Assembly: GCA_016210585.1 (NCBI GenBank)
Contig: JACQTX010000204.1
Location: 1 to 42,630 of the forward strand
Origin: Chloroflexota bacterium
GTDB taxonomy: Bacteria; Chloroflexota; Dehalococcoidia; Dehalococcoidales; JAFGLR01
Direction of reading: 5' to 3'
DNA length: 42,630 nt
Under the pieces are notes generated by a model. That model was not told where the DNA came from. It was given only the letters and a program-made list of their open reading frames with translations, and did no database searches. This document shows positions 6,957 through 16,900 of the stretch, in pieces. The translations under genes were made by a program, and so were the position numbers. The number at the start of each line of letters is the position of its first letter. Position 1 is the first letter of the stretch.

Positions 6957-8066
6957 ATGCAAATACGAGTAGATAGGCTCAGGGAGGCCCTGGAGCTCCT
7001 TCACCCGGTCGTCCCCAGGAAAACTTCTCTCGATGTGCTGGGCAATGTCCTGTTAAGGAACGGCCGGGCGGCAGCCACCGACCTCGAGGTGGCCGTTGCC
7101 CTGGAGCTTCCCGAAGTCGAATGCGAATGCCTTCTCCCGCAGGAACTGGTGGCCAAACTGCTCAAATACGTGCCGGGCAGTGAGGTGCTCACCATTGAGC
7201 AGAAGGGTAAGAGCCTGGGGTTTTCTTGGGACGGCGGCCAGGCTACCTATGAGGTACCCAAGCCTGCCGATTACCCGCCGCTGCTGGAGGTTAAGACAGG
7301 AGAAGCGCAGGCTGTGGATGGGGAGACACTGGTGCCGGCGCTTTCAGCGATGCTGGCGTACTGTGCCACCGCGAAGGACCGGCTTGTGCTGACCGGGGTG
7401 CACCTTACCCTGGGTGAAACCACAGAGGTAGCTGCCGGAGACGGCTTCAGATTGGCCTTCCAGACCTTGCCTATAGCCGTGTCCCCGGTGGATGGTGTCG
7501 AGGGGGCGGTCATTCCTGCTAGTGCAGTCACTATCCTGGGACACCTGTGGCGAAAGGTCCCGGGGGCACCATTGGATGGTTTCCCGGCCCGGCTGCTCAA
7601 GCGCCGGCTGGAGCTTACCCTCAACAAGACCATGCTCCAGGTACGCTTCGGGCGAGTAACCCTCACCACCAGGCTCATCGAGGGCGCCTCACCCAATTTC
7701 AAGCAGTTTATCCAGCAGGAAGCTGCGCTCAAGGTGCGTATGCTAGCCCCGGACTTCGAGCGGGCGGTGCGCCGTGTCCAGGACATGGCCAGAGAGAACT
7801 CAGGAATTGTCCGCCTTGCCTGGTCCGGCGCCGCCCTGTCCGTCTCCGGCCGGAGCAGTGAGAAGGGTCAGGTTGAAGTCAGCTTCCCGGTGACGAGCGA
7901 AGGTGGCGACGGTAGGGTAGCCCTGAACGTGAGCTACCTGCTGGACTACCTCCGTGGCCGAGAGGGCCTGGTAACCATGTCTGTCATCAGCGAGAAAGCC
8001 CCTGTCCTCTTCCGGCACGGCACATCCCCAGTGGTGGTGATGATGCCTATCTTTGTCCAGTGGTAG
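6957..8066 (+). CDS. dnaN: DNA polymerase III beta sliding clamp, divergent accessory copy
   Basis: About 370 aa; ATDLEV, LTGV, GDGFRLA, LIEG..PNF, ALNVSYLLDYL and C-terminal VMMPI motifs; RBS AAAGGAGG; not in a dnaA-dnaN-recF context. Confidence 0.9.
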   Translation: MQIRVDRLREALELLHPVVPRKTSLDVLGNVLLRNGRAAATDLEVAVALELPEVECECLLPQELVAKLLKYVPGSEVLTIEQKGKSLGFSWDGGQATYEVPKPADYPPLLEVKTGEAQAVDGETLVPALSAMLAYCATAKDRLVLTGVHLTLGETTEVAAGDGFRLAFQTLPIAVSPVDGVEGAVIPASAVTILGHLWRKVPGAPLDGFPARLLKRRLELTLNKTMLQVRFGRVTLTTRLIEGASPNFKQFIQQEAALKVRMLAPDFERAVRRVQDMARENSGIVRLAWSGAALSVSGRSSEKGQVEVSFPVTSEGGDGRVALNVSYLLDYLRGREGLVTMSVISEKAPVLFRHGTSPVVVMMPIFVQW

Positions 8067-8069
8067 CCA

Positions 8070-8151
8070 GGTGGGGGCCGGGTGGTTCAGACCCGGCCCC
8101 CACCGCGCCTGGGGAAGAGACGCCATTGCAGCCAGCATGTTTTTCTCCCAG
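8070..8151. repeat. Two tandem hairpins after dnaN
   Basis: Perfect 14-bp IR GGTGGGGGCCGGGT/ACCCGGCCCCCACC (8070-8104), then imperfect CTGGGGAAGAGAC/GTTTTTCTCCCCAG; no clear U-tail. Confidence 0.7.
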
Positions 8152-8176
8152 TATGGGTTTGATAGGAGAAGTAGTA

Positions 8177-8494
8177 ATGGACGCACTATTGGTAATCAAT
8201 GCTGTTTTCCCCACCGGACAGATTGTGGCTACGAGGGGAGTTTACGATCTGGCGTGCCAGAACCCGGACTTTGCCAGGTTCATCCAGAAGTCCCTCAACC
8301 GCCACGTCAAAGGCGACTGGGGAGACGTGGATGACGAGGATAAGCAGACCAACGACCAGGCGCTCAAACAAGGGAATCGGTTGCTATCAGCCTACAACGA
8401 CGACCGCTTTCCAAGAAATGGCAATGCGACCATCTGGATAATCACCGAGGCTGACCGGAGCGCGACAACTATCCTCTTCCCTGACGAATATTGA
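8177..8494 (+). CDS. Plasmid/ICE-associated hypothetical protein (GDWG...WIITEADRS.TT family)
   Basis: FPTGQIVATRG, RH.KGDWGD, N..AL..G.RLLSAY, IWIITEADRSATTILFPDEY; RBS AGGAG. Confidence 0.8.
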   Translation: MDALLVINAVFPTGQIVATRGVYDLACQNPDFARFIQKSLNRHVKGDWGDVDDEDKQTNDQALKQGNRLLSAYNDDRFPRNGNATIWIITEADRSATTILFPDEY

Positions 8495-8567
8495 CCCGTT
8501 GAGCCTTGCGACTGTGGTAACTGTTCAAATCTACAGTGCTCACCATGCCCGAGAAAGGAGGTTCAAG

Positions 8568-8813
8568 ATGCCCGAACGAGTTGAGCTTCTTCAGGCAGAT
8601 ATTGAAGTGGAAGGACACCGCTTCACCGTTACGGCCATACCAACGGCAACATCGGGAAGCTGGTACACCGTCCAGGATGCCTGCGAGGTCTGGGGAGCGG
8701 TCGCCATAGGCCTTGATGGCACGGTGGTGGGTTGGCGAAGCCCTCCCGATGAGAAGTATCGCCTGCAGCTGGAAGAAGCCATTAAGAGGGCGTTCGGTCT
8801 GCCGGAAGTGTAG
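8568..8813 (+). CDS. Hypothetical protein
   Basis: RBS AAAGGAGG before ATG 8568; 81 aa. Confidence 0.7.
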   Translation: MPERVELLQADIEVEGHRFTVTAIPTATSGSWYTVQDACEVWGAVAIGLDGTVVGWRSPPDEKYRLQLEEAIKRAFGLPEV

Positions 8814-8861
8814 AGGCCAGGTGGCTCGAATCGAGTTACCCGTACCCGGAAAGGAGATGGG

Positions 8862-9068
8862 ATGGCTTACCAAGACCAACTGGAGTGCCCCCATTGCCAC
8901 AGGATGATTGATATCGAGACCGAAATTGAGGGCGATGACGGCTACATGAACCTGTACCCGATTGTAAAGCCGGCAAAGCTGAAGGCTCCAAAAGAGACGC
9001 GATTGGATGAGGTCGGACCGGGAAAAAGACCGGAAAACCAGGCAGAAGGGGGTGATATGAAGGACTAG
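8862..9068 (+). CDS. Hypothetical small protein with CxxC
   Basis: RBS AAAGGAG; LECPHC motif. Confidence 0.6.
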   Translation: MAYQDQLECPHCHRMIDIETEIEGDDGYMNLYPIVKPAKLKAPKETRLDEVGPGKRPENQAEGGDMKD

Positions 9069-9128
9069 CTGCGCGCAAAAAGGGGAGCACGTGCTCCGAA
9101 GATTGAACGGAGAGGAGGTGAAAAATAG

Positions 9129-9902
9129 ATGGCTAGAAGAAGTATCTGGAAAGGAGCTATCGCCTTTGGCATGGTGGCTATCCCTGCCAAGCTCTACTCG
9201 GCAACCGAGGACACGGACATCAGCCTGCACCAGTATCATAAGGACTGCGGCCACCGTATCTCCATGCCCAGGTATTGCGGCACCTGCCAGAAGATGCTGG
9301 CCACTGCCGACATTACCAAAGGCTACGAGGTGGGCGACAGCTATGTGCCTTTGTCTGAATCTGACTTCCAGAGCCTGCCCCTCAAATCGGTGAAGACGAT
9401 CGAGGTGGTGGAGTTTGTGGATGATCGCCAGATAGACCTCAGGTGCTACGACAAGCCCTACTTCCTGGCCTCGGATGAAGGGGGCTACAAAGCCTACCGG
9501 CTCTTTGTCATGGCGATGGCAGAGGCGAAACTGGCGGCAGTCGCCAAGCTCTGCTATCGCGAAAGGGAACGGCTGTCCGTTGTCCGCCCCTACCAGGGGG
9601 TAATGCTGCTGCAGACACTACGCTATGCCGATGAGCTGAAGGAATGCTTCGACCTCAAGCCACCGGAGTATCCCATCAGCAGCAAGGAGCTGGAGCTGGC
9701 CATATCCCTGGTCAAAGCCATGGCCGCCCCCCAGTTTGAGCTGGCCAGGTACCACGATGAATACCGCCAGGCGCTGGAGAAGCTGATTGAGGCCAAGATT
9801 GCCGGTGAAGCCTTGCCAGTTGCTCAGGAAGCCCAGTTCCCGGTATCCGATGTGGCGGATGCCTTACTTGCCAGCTTGAAGCTGGTAGAAGCGAAGCGGT
9901 GA
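9129..9902 (+). CDS. ku: Ku DNA end-binding protein (NHEJ)
   Basis: RSIWKGAIAFGMVAIPAKLYSAT, KGYE, PYFL, LLQTLRYADE, YHDEY motifs; HKDC...CGTC Zn-type bridge; no long basic tail. Confidence 0.95.
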   Translation: MARRSIWKGAIAFGMVAIPAKLYSATEDTDISLHQYHKDCGHRISMPRYCGTCQKMLATADITKGYEVGDSYVPLSESDFQSLPLKSVKTIEVVEFVDDRQIDLRCYDKPYFLASDEGGYKAYRLFVMAMAEAKLAAVAKLCYRERERLSVVRPYQGVMLLQTLRYADELKECFDLKPPEYPISSKELELAISLVKAMAAPQFELARYHDEYRQALEKLIEAKIAGEALPVAQEAQFPVSDVADALLASLKLVEAKR

Positions 9903-9991
9903 TAGCCGCTCAATGCGCTGGGCCTGAGAGCGATTTCAGGTTCAGGCATAAGGTGGCTATCCGTGACTGAATTCCAGTCGAATGGAAGGTA

Positions 9992-10891
9992 ATGAAAACG
10001 ATTAAACCAATGCTGGCCCAGACAGCCAGTGAACCGTTTGCCCACAAGGATTGGCTCTTTGAACTGAAGCTGGACGGGGTAAGGTGCGTCGCCTACCTGG
10101 ACAGGAAGACCCGACTGCAGGCGAGAAGTGGGCAGGATATTGCGGCCCAATTCCCCGAATTGCAGGAACTACACCGGCAGGCGGTGCAGCCCTGCATCCT
10201 GGATGGAGAGATTACTTGTGCCACTTTCAACCAAGTTCAGCACCGTATTCACAGGACTAAAGCCCTGGACATCAGGGTGGCCGCAAAGCTCTACCCGGCC
10301 CGCTTCTTTGCCTTTGACATCCTGAATATCGGCGGCAGAAGCACGATGCCCCTTGCTCAGACAGCCCGCAAGGAAACCCTGGCCACGGTGATGAAGGAAA
10401 GCGAGTATGGACTGACCCTGCCCTGGCGGGATGGTGAAGGGGTAGCCTTGTTTCGCGAAGTCCAAAGTCGCCGTCAGGAAGGTATTATGGCGAAGCTGAA
10501 GTCAGCGCCCTACGTAGAAGGAAAGCGGGTGAACTGGTGGCTCAAAATCAAGAACTTCCACGAAGGCACTTTCTATGTCTGCGGGCTGACCGAGGGCGAG
10601 AATGACCGCAAGGCCACCTTTGGCTCACTCATACTGGGAGAACTGAGAGACGGCAAATGGGTCTATGCCGGCAACGTCGGCACTGGCTTTGACCAGCAAC
10701 AACTCAGAGAGCTGTCCGCATACTTCGATGCTCTGAGGGGAGACTGTCCCTTCGAGCACGTGGATGTGGGACGGCCAGTCAAGCTGTGGACCAGGCCGAT
10801 TGTTCAGTGCGAAGTCCGGTTCCTTGAGCGGGGTGGCGACGGCAAGCTGCGCTTCCCCAGCTTCAGACAGCTAATGAGTGAGTTGCGGTAA
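9992..10891 (+). CDS. ligD: ATP-dependent DNA ligase (stand-alone LigD ligase domain)
   Basis: PMLA, ELKLDGVR (KxDG), ILDGEI, AFDIL, EGIMAK, WLKIK, VGTGF, LRFP; no POL or PE domain. Confidence 0.9.
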   Translation: MKTIKPMLAQTASEPFAHKDWLFELKLDGVRCVAYLDRKTRLQARSGQDIAAQFPELQELHRQAVQPCILDGEITCATFNQVQHRIHRTKALDIRVAAKLYPARFFAFDILNIGGRSTMPLAQTARKETLATVMKESEYGLTLPWRDGEGVALFREVQSRRQEGIMAKLKSAPYVEGKRVNWWLKIKNFHEGTFYVCGLTEGENDRKATFGSLILGELRDGKWVYAGNVGTGFDQQQLRELSAYFDALRGDCPFEHVDVGRPVKLWTRPIVQCEVRFLERGGDGKLRFPSFRQLMSELR

Positions 10892-10949
10892 CCGAACTGC
10901 TGCACAGCCACTCATCGGAAAAGGCTAACCAGGCGTGATGCTGTCATTA

Positions 10950-11843
10950 TCATTCCAATGCCAGGCGCATTTGGCGGGCGTTTACTACGGCCTTGTCAGC
11001 ATAGCAGTTGTTGAAAAGCACGTGCACTTGTCCGACGCTGACGGCCAGCTTGTGGATTGGGGACACCCACTCCTTCAACTCGTCTTCACTGTAAAGGTAG
11101 TTGAAGCGTTCGGCCGTAGTAATGCCCGCCTTCTCCCAGGCCTCCGTGTTCCGGCCGTGGAAGCGCACTAACGCAATATCAGAGGTTACTTCCACAACGG
11201 GCGGCACACTTGACTTAAACCCCTGCGGCTCATCCACACAGACAAACGGCAGTTTGTTTTCACGGAGAAATGTCATCGTTCGTTCCGCATTCTTCTCATT
11301 CACCCAGGAGCTGTGCCGGAACTCAACGGCAATCCGGTATTGCGGCAGTCTTCGCTGGCATTCGAGAATATAGTCCCTCGGCTCATTCCCCGGGGAAAAC
11401 CAGGGCGGAAACTGGAACAGGACTACGCCTAGCTTGCCGGCGCTGTCCAGCGGCAGCAGGGCCCGCTCGAAGCGGCGCCAGATTTCGTCCAAAAGGCCCG
11501 AAGGGAAATCGCGCTGGTACAGGTTCTTCTTAGCTTTCAAATTGGCTGGTAAGGCTTCCCTGAGGTCTTTGGGCAGCGCCTGCTGAGGCGTGGGGTGCTG
11601 CGTGAGCAGGCGGAAGGCTTTGATGTCGAACATAAAACTGTCTGGAGTCCTGTCTACCCATAACCCGCTGGTCTTCTCGCTGGGCAAAGCATAGTAGGTG
11701 CTGTCCACTTCCACTATCGGAAACTGGCTAGCGTAGTAGCGCAGCCGTTCCTCGGCCGAAGTTGCCGAGGGCGGGTAGAATCGGCCGCTGGCAATCAGCG
11801 TCGGCTCAGTCCATGAGGTTATCCCTACCAGGATTTCACCCAT
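10950..11843 (-). CDS. DUF72 (YecE-like) family protein
   Basis: VEVDSTYYALP, FDIKAF...TQH, LFQFPPWF, AVEFRH.SW, VDEP, RFHGRN, YLYS..EL, FNN motifs. Confidence 0.9.
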   Translation of the reverse strand: MGEILVGITSWTEPTLIASGRFYPPSATSAEERLRYYASQFPIVEVDSTYYALPSEKTSGLWVDRTPDSFMFDIKAFRLLTQHPTPQQALPKDLREALPANLKAKKNLYQRDFPSGLLDEIWRRFERALLPLDSAGKLGVVLFQFPPWFSPGNEPRDYILECQRRLPQYRIAVEFRHSSWVNEKNAERTMTFLRENKLPFVCVDEPQGFKSSVPPVVEVTSDIALVRFHGRNTEAWEKAGITTAERFNYLYSEDELKEWVSPIHKLAVSVGQVHVLFNNCYADKAVVNARQMRLALE

Positions 11844-11852
11844 GTTATGTCT

Positions 11853-13892
11853 TCAGCGCCACATCTGGCGGATTCTATCGGCGATTCGGCCGGGAGGCAC
11901 ATTATCTGCTACCTCGTCTGCATTGCGGTGGCCATCTCCGGCTACCACCGCGTCCATTGTCGCTGTCACGTCCGGCGTGAAGAACCGGCAGCACTGGGCG
12001 TAGCTGTGGTTATCCGTGAGTCCCCGTGACTTGTGGTAGTAGCGGAGCGGCCAGAGGACATACAGGAAGTCACGGGCACGCGTCATGGCCACGTAAGTCA
12101 ACCGAAGCTCTTCTTCAACCTGGCCATTGTCGCCGGTGGCCATGTCAGACGGGAGGCACCCATCGGCGGCATGGATGAGATAGACAACGTCCCATTCCAA
12201 TCCTTTGGCCGAATGGATGGTTGACAGCACCAGCCAGTCTTCATCGCGGCTCGGGGGCCCGGCCAGGTCTCCGGTGGAAACCGGCGGGTCGAGAATCAGC
12301 TCGGCCAGAAACTGCCGGCGTGAGTCGTAGCGCCGGGCAAGCTCGCCGAGGTGCTCGATGTCGTTCGCCCGCGGTCCGGGATCCTCGTAATTCCGTTCCA
12401 GCAACGGCAGGTAGAACTCGCCTATCCTTTCGACCTGTGCCGAGGGTCTATCATCTGCCATGCTCTGCAGGTCGCCCATGAGCGAGGCCAGCCCCGCCAT
12501 CTCCTCTTGTGCTGCCGGCGGTGCTTTGAACGTGGCCAGCGATGACTGTGTGCCATGATTGGCCAGGACATGCTGGAATGCCGCCCCCGCTGTTACCGGT
12601 CCCACCCCTCGTAACAGCTGCAGGACGCGAAACCAGGCCATTTCATCCCGGGGGTTTTCGCTAATCCGCAGGAAACTGATAAGGTCTTTCACATGGGCGG
12701 CTTCCAGGAAGCGGAGGCCGCCATACTTGTGAAAGGGGATATTGTGGCGCACCAGGGCCAGCTCCAGAGACTGGGAGTGTGAGGCAGCCCGGAAAAGCAC
12801 GGCCTGTTTGCGCAGTGGTATGCCCTGCTCGTAGTGCTCGAGCACCTGACGGATGACCGTTTCGTCTTGACGGGTCTCATCCGGACAGGTAATGAGATGG
12901 GGCCGTTGGCCGCCGTCGCGCTTCGACCACAGCTCCTTTGAGTAGCGCTCGCGGGCCTGGCCGATGACGCGGTTGGTGGTCTCCAGTATAGGCCGGAGCG
13001 AGCGGTAGTTCTGTTCCAGCGTCACGACCCTCGTGCCGGGAAATTGGATGGGGAAGTCGAGCATGTTGCGTATTGTTGCGGAACGAAAGCTGTAGATACT
13101 CTGGGCATCATCGCCGACCACGGTGATGCTATTGTTGAACCGGCGCATGCCCAGCAGAATCCCCGACTGTATCGGGTTGGTATCCTGGTATTCATCCACG
13201 AGGATATGGTCGAAACGGCTGCCGATACTGCGGGCGAGGGCTTCTTCCTGGAGCAGGTAATACCAGTAGAGGAGGAGGTCGTCGTAGTCCAGGATATTTT
13301 GCTGTTGTTTGCGCTGGACGTATTCCCGGAAAAGCTGGTTGAGTTCGTCCTGCCACATGAGGCACCAGGGGAAGTCACGGCGGAGGATAGCCTCAAGCTC
13401 TTCGTTGCCATTGACGCGGCGGGAGTAGATGTCCAGGCAGGTGCTCTTGCGCGGGAAGCGCTTGTCTTTGGTCGAAAAGGAGAGATTGTTGCGGACGACA
13501 TTGAGGCAGTCCTCAGCGTCGGTGCGGTCAAGGATGGTGAAATCGGGCGAAAGGCCGGCGGATTGGGCGTATATCCGGAGAAGCCGGTTGGCCGTGGCAT
13601 GGAAGGTGCCGCCCCAGACATGCCGGGCCAGGGAATCGTCTGAAGCAGCCGGAGATGTTGCCCGCTTCAGCATCTCTTCGGCAGCACGCCGGGTGAACGT
13701 GATCAGCAGGATACGTTCCGGCGGGACTCCCTGGGCAATGAGGTAGGCGACACGGTAAGCGAGTGTGCGTGTTTTCCCAGTGCCGGCCCCGGCTACAATG
13801 AGTAACGGCCCGTTGCCATAGGTGACCGCTTCCCGCTGTCGGGGGTTCAAGTCGGCAAGTAGCTTCTGTATGTCTTTGCCCATCTTCACCAC
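11853..13892 (-). CDS. UvrD/PcrA/Rep superfamily 1 DNA helicase
   Basis: LNPRQ, AGAGTGKT, ITFT, GTFHA, LVDEYQDTN, VGDDAQSIYSFR, LEQNYRS, TIHSAKGLEW, EELRLTYVAMTRA; alternative start 13883. Confidence 0.95.
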   Translation of the reverse strand: MVKMGKDIQKLLADLNPRQREAVTYGNGPLLIVAGAGTGKTRTLAYRVAYLIAQGVPPERILLITFTRRAAEEMLKRATSPAASDDSLARHVWGGTFHATANRLLRIYAQSAGLSPDFTILDRTDAEDCLNVVRNNLSFSTKDKRFPRKSTCLDIYSRRVNGNEELEAILRRDFPWCLMWQDELNQLFREYVQRKQQQNILDYDDLLLYWYYLLQEEALARSIGSRFDHILVDEYQDTNPIQSGILLGMRRFNNSITVVGDDAQSIYSFRSATIRNMLDFPIQFPGTRVVTLEQNYRSLRPILETTNRVIGQARERYSKELWSKRDGGQRPHLITCPDETRQDETVIRQVLEHYEQGIPLRKQAVLFRAASHSQSLELALVRHNIPFHKYGGLRFLEAAHVKDLISFLRISENPRDEMAWFRVLQLLRGVGPVTAGAAFQHVLANHGTQSSLATFKAPPAAQEEMAGLASLMGDLQSMADDRPSAQVERIGEFYLPLLERNYEDPGPRANDIEHLGELARRYDSRRQFLAELILDPPVSTGDLAGPPSRDEDWLVLSTIHSAKGLEWDVVYLIHAADGCLPSDMATGDNGQVEEELRLTYVAMTRARDFLYVLWPLRYYHKSRGLTDNHSYAQCCRFFTPDVTATMDAVVAGDGHRNADEVADNVPPGRIADRIRQMWR

Positions 13893-13939
13893 CAGTCCGC
13901 CTGTTATACCGCATTGTAGCAGTTTGCGGCGCGGACTGG

Positions 13940-16900
13940 CTAGCAGAAATTCCTGGCCCTCGGTGCGGCAGAGGCGGCGGTGGCGTGCTCTTGCAAGGGT
14001 ATGACCTGTTTGGCTATGATGTTGCTGATACCCTCCTTTTTCTGCAGCACCCCTTCGATAACAAGCAACGGCTCCGTGCGGACGATGTAACGGTATTTTT
14101 GGTAGACATCCGGTCTGAGGACAATGTTAAGCAGACCGGTCTCATCTTCGATGGTGAGGAAGACATGACCTTTGGCCGTCGCCGGGGCCTGGCGGCAGAC
14201 TACGTAGCCCGCTGTCTTAACTCTGGTGCCAGATGATAACGCCATGACTCTGGCGCCGGTCAGGATACCATCTCCGGAGATGGTGCTTCTGATTAGCTGC
14301 ATGGGGTGAAGGCGAGCGGAAAGCCCCTGGACACTATACTCGGCAGCCAGCTTTTCCCAATCGGTCATGCCCGGCAGGGGCACCTGATAGGTGTGGTATT
14401 CCAGGGCCAGGGTATCGCGCCCGGCCTGCTCCAGCTCCCCCAACTCCCAGAGCAACTGGCGGCGGGGGACATTGAAGCTATCCATCGCCCCGGCCAGGAT
14501 AAGGTTTTCTATTTCTGCCCGGCCCAGCCGGGTCCGGCGGTAGAAATCTTCTAAGGAAAGGAAGGAGGCTGCTCCTCTTGCCTGCTCCATGTCGTCTATC
14601 GCCGTCTCACCCATTTCCTTAACATAGCAAAAGCCGAGGCGGAGCTTACTCCTCTCTACCGTGCACCTGCCCTGGCTGTGGTTGATGTCCACAGGCAGCA
14701 CTGGCACGCCGTGACGTTTGGCATCCCCCACGATAACCTCCGGCGTGTAGAAGCCCATCGGCTGGTTGTTCAACAATGCCGCATAGAACTCGGCGGGATA
14801 GTAATACTTCAGCCAGGCCGACTCGTAGGCCAGCAGGGCAAAGCTGGCAGCATGGCTCTTGCAGAAGCCGTACTCGGCAAAGCCTTTGAGGGTATCGAAT
14901 ACCCTGGTCGCCACGTCCTCACCTATATTGTTTCGCTGCGCCCCTTCCAGGAAGCGCTGCCGCATGTCTTCTATAGCCTGCCGGGAGCGCTTGTGGCTCA
15001 TTGCCCGCCTTAAAGAGTCCGCTTCACCGGGACTGAAACCGGCCACGGCGATGGCGGCTTGCAAGACCTGCTCCTGGAACAGAATCACACCCAGCGTTTC
15101 CTCCAGGATGGGCTTCAAGATTCTATGCGGGTAGGTGACCTTTTCCTTGCCCTGCCGTCGGTTAATATAGGGATGTACCATGTTGCCCTGTAGCGGGCCG
15201 GGACGGATGATAGCTACTTCTACGGTCAGGTCCTCTATGGAGCGTGGCCTGGTGCGGGGTAAAGTCTGTATCTGGGCACGGCTTTCCACCTGGAAGACGC
15301 CCAGCGTGTCGCCGCGGCAAATCATGTCATAGACCTGGCCGTCATCAAGCGGAATTCGGGACAGGTCGAAACCGGCATTATGCCCCTGCTTAACCAGGTT
15401 GACCGCCTCGTCAATGAGCGAGAGCATACGGAGGCCGAGGATGTCCACCTTGACCAGCCCGGCCTTTTCTACGCCGTCCTTGTCCCATTGGCAGACTACC
15501 CGTCCCGGCATGCTCGCTCGCTCCAGGGGCACAATATCGCAAAGGGGACAGGAGGCGATTATCATGCCGCCGACATGAATGGAGAGATGACGGGGAAAGT
15601 TAGCTATCTCCTTGCAGAAAGAGAGGAAATATTGCCAGGGTAAGGTGGTGACGTAAGGGCGAAACTTTTCCAGGCTGCCCAGGTCGTCACCTATCTCCCG
15701 GGCGCTGTAAGCCCCGACAGTCTTGGCCATCTGGTCGAGGATGGCGGCCGGCATGCCCAGTACCTTGCCCACTTCCCGTATAGCGTTACGGGCCTGGAAG
15801 GTGATATAGGTGCAGACCATGGCCGTATGCTCTTCACCATATTTTTGATAGACATACTGGATGAGCTTTTCACGGTGGTTGGTGGAAACGTCAATATCTA
15901 TATCCGGGATGGCCGACATCTCCTCGTTGATGAACCGGCCGACAAATAGCTTATTCCGGATAGGGTCAACCCTGGTTATGCCCAGGACGTAGGCAATAAT
16001 GGAGTTTGCCGCCGAGCCTCTACCCTGTGCCGGGATACCGTTCCTGCGGGCATAGTCCATGATGTCCCAGACAATCAGGAAATAGCCGGAGAGGCCGAGC
16101 TTGCGGATGAGGTCAAGCTCATAGCTCACCTGGCTTCTTACCTTTTCGGAGAGGTCGCCATAGCGCTCTTTCGCCTTCTGCCAGCACAGCCCGGCCAGAT
16201 AGCTATCGGCGGTCTCACCAGCGGACAGCGGGAACTCAGGGAAACGGTAGGCGGCAAAGTTGAGGTCAACGTTACACTCACTGGCAATACGCAGGGTGTT
16301 TTCCAGTGCCTGCGGGTGTTCTTTGAATAGAGAAGCCATTTCCGCAGCAGGCTTGAGGTAAAACTCGGCGTTGGGGCGGCGCACATGCCCCGATTTATCG
16401 AGAGTAGTGCGGTTTTTGATGCAGACCAGGATGTCATGCAGGCGGTGCCTGTCTGGGGTAGTGTAGTCCACATTATTGGTGGCAACGTATCTTACGCCCA
16501 TGGTGTCCGCTAAATCTACCAGTTGCCGGCAGAGCGGGGTGTCCCCGGGACACAGGTTGTTCTGCAATTCAATGAAGAAGTTGTCGCCGAAGATGCTCAG
16601 GTATTTTCTGACCGCCATCTGTGCCTGCTCCTTCTTGCTGGCAAAAAGCAGGCTGGGGATTTCCCCTTTCCGGCAGCCAGACAGGCAGATGAGGCCGTCC
16701 GCATGCTTGCCCAGTATTGCCAGGTCGGTGGCCGGGCTGCCTTTGCTGTGGTCTAGCTGTGCCTTTGTTATGATGCGGCACAGGTTGGCATAGCCCTGGT
16801 TGTTTCTCGCCAGCAGGGTGATGTGATGTCCGCCGCTGAGGGTAAGCTCAACTCCAATGACTGGCTTAACCCCCAGTTTGCGGGCTGACTTATGGAAGTC

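Noticed and set aside
1300-9990. Recurring TGTATGGAAAGG-like words and small hairpins between genes, considered as integron attC sites or a repeat array
   Set aside because: They are explained by extended Shine-Dalgarno sequences; no RYYYAAC/GTTRRRY boxes or regular spacing.
1-10891. Prophage interpretation of the small-gene run
   Set aside because: No structural, terminase, lysis or integrase genes are visible; it cannot be excluded without upstream sequence.
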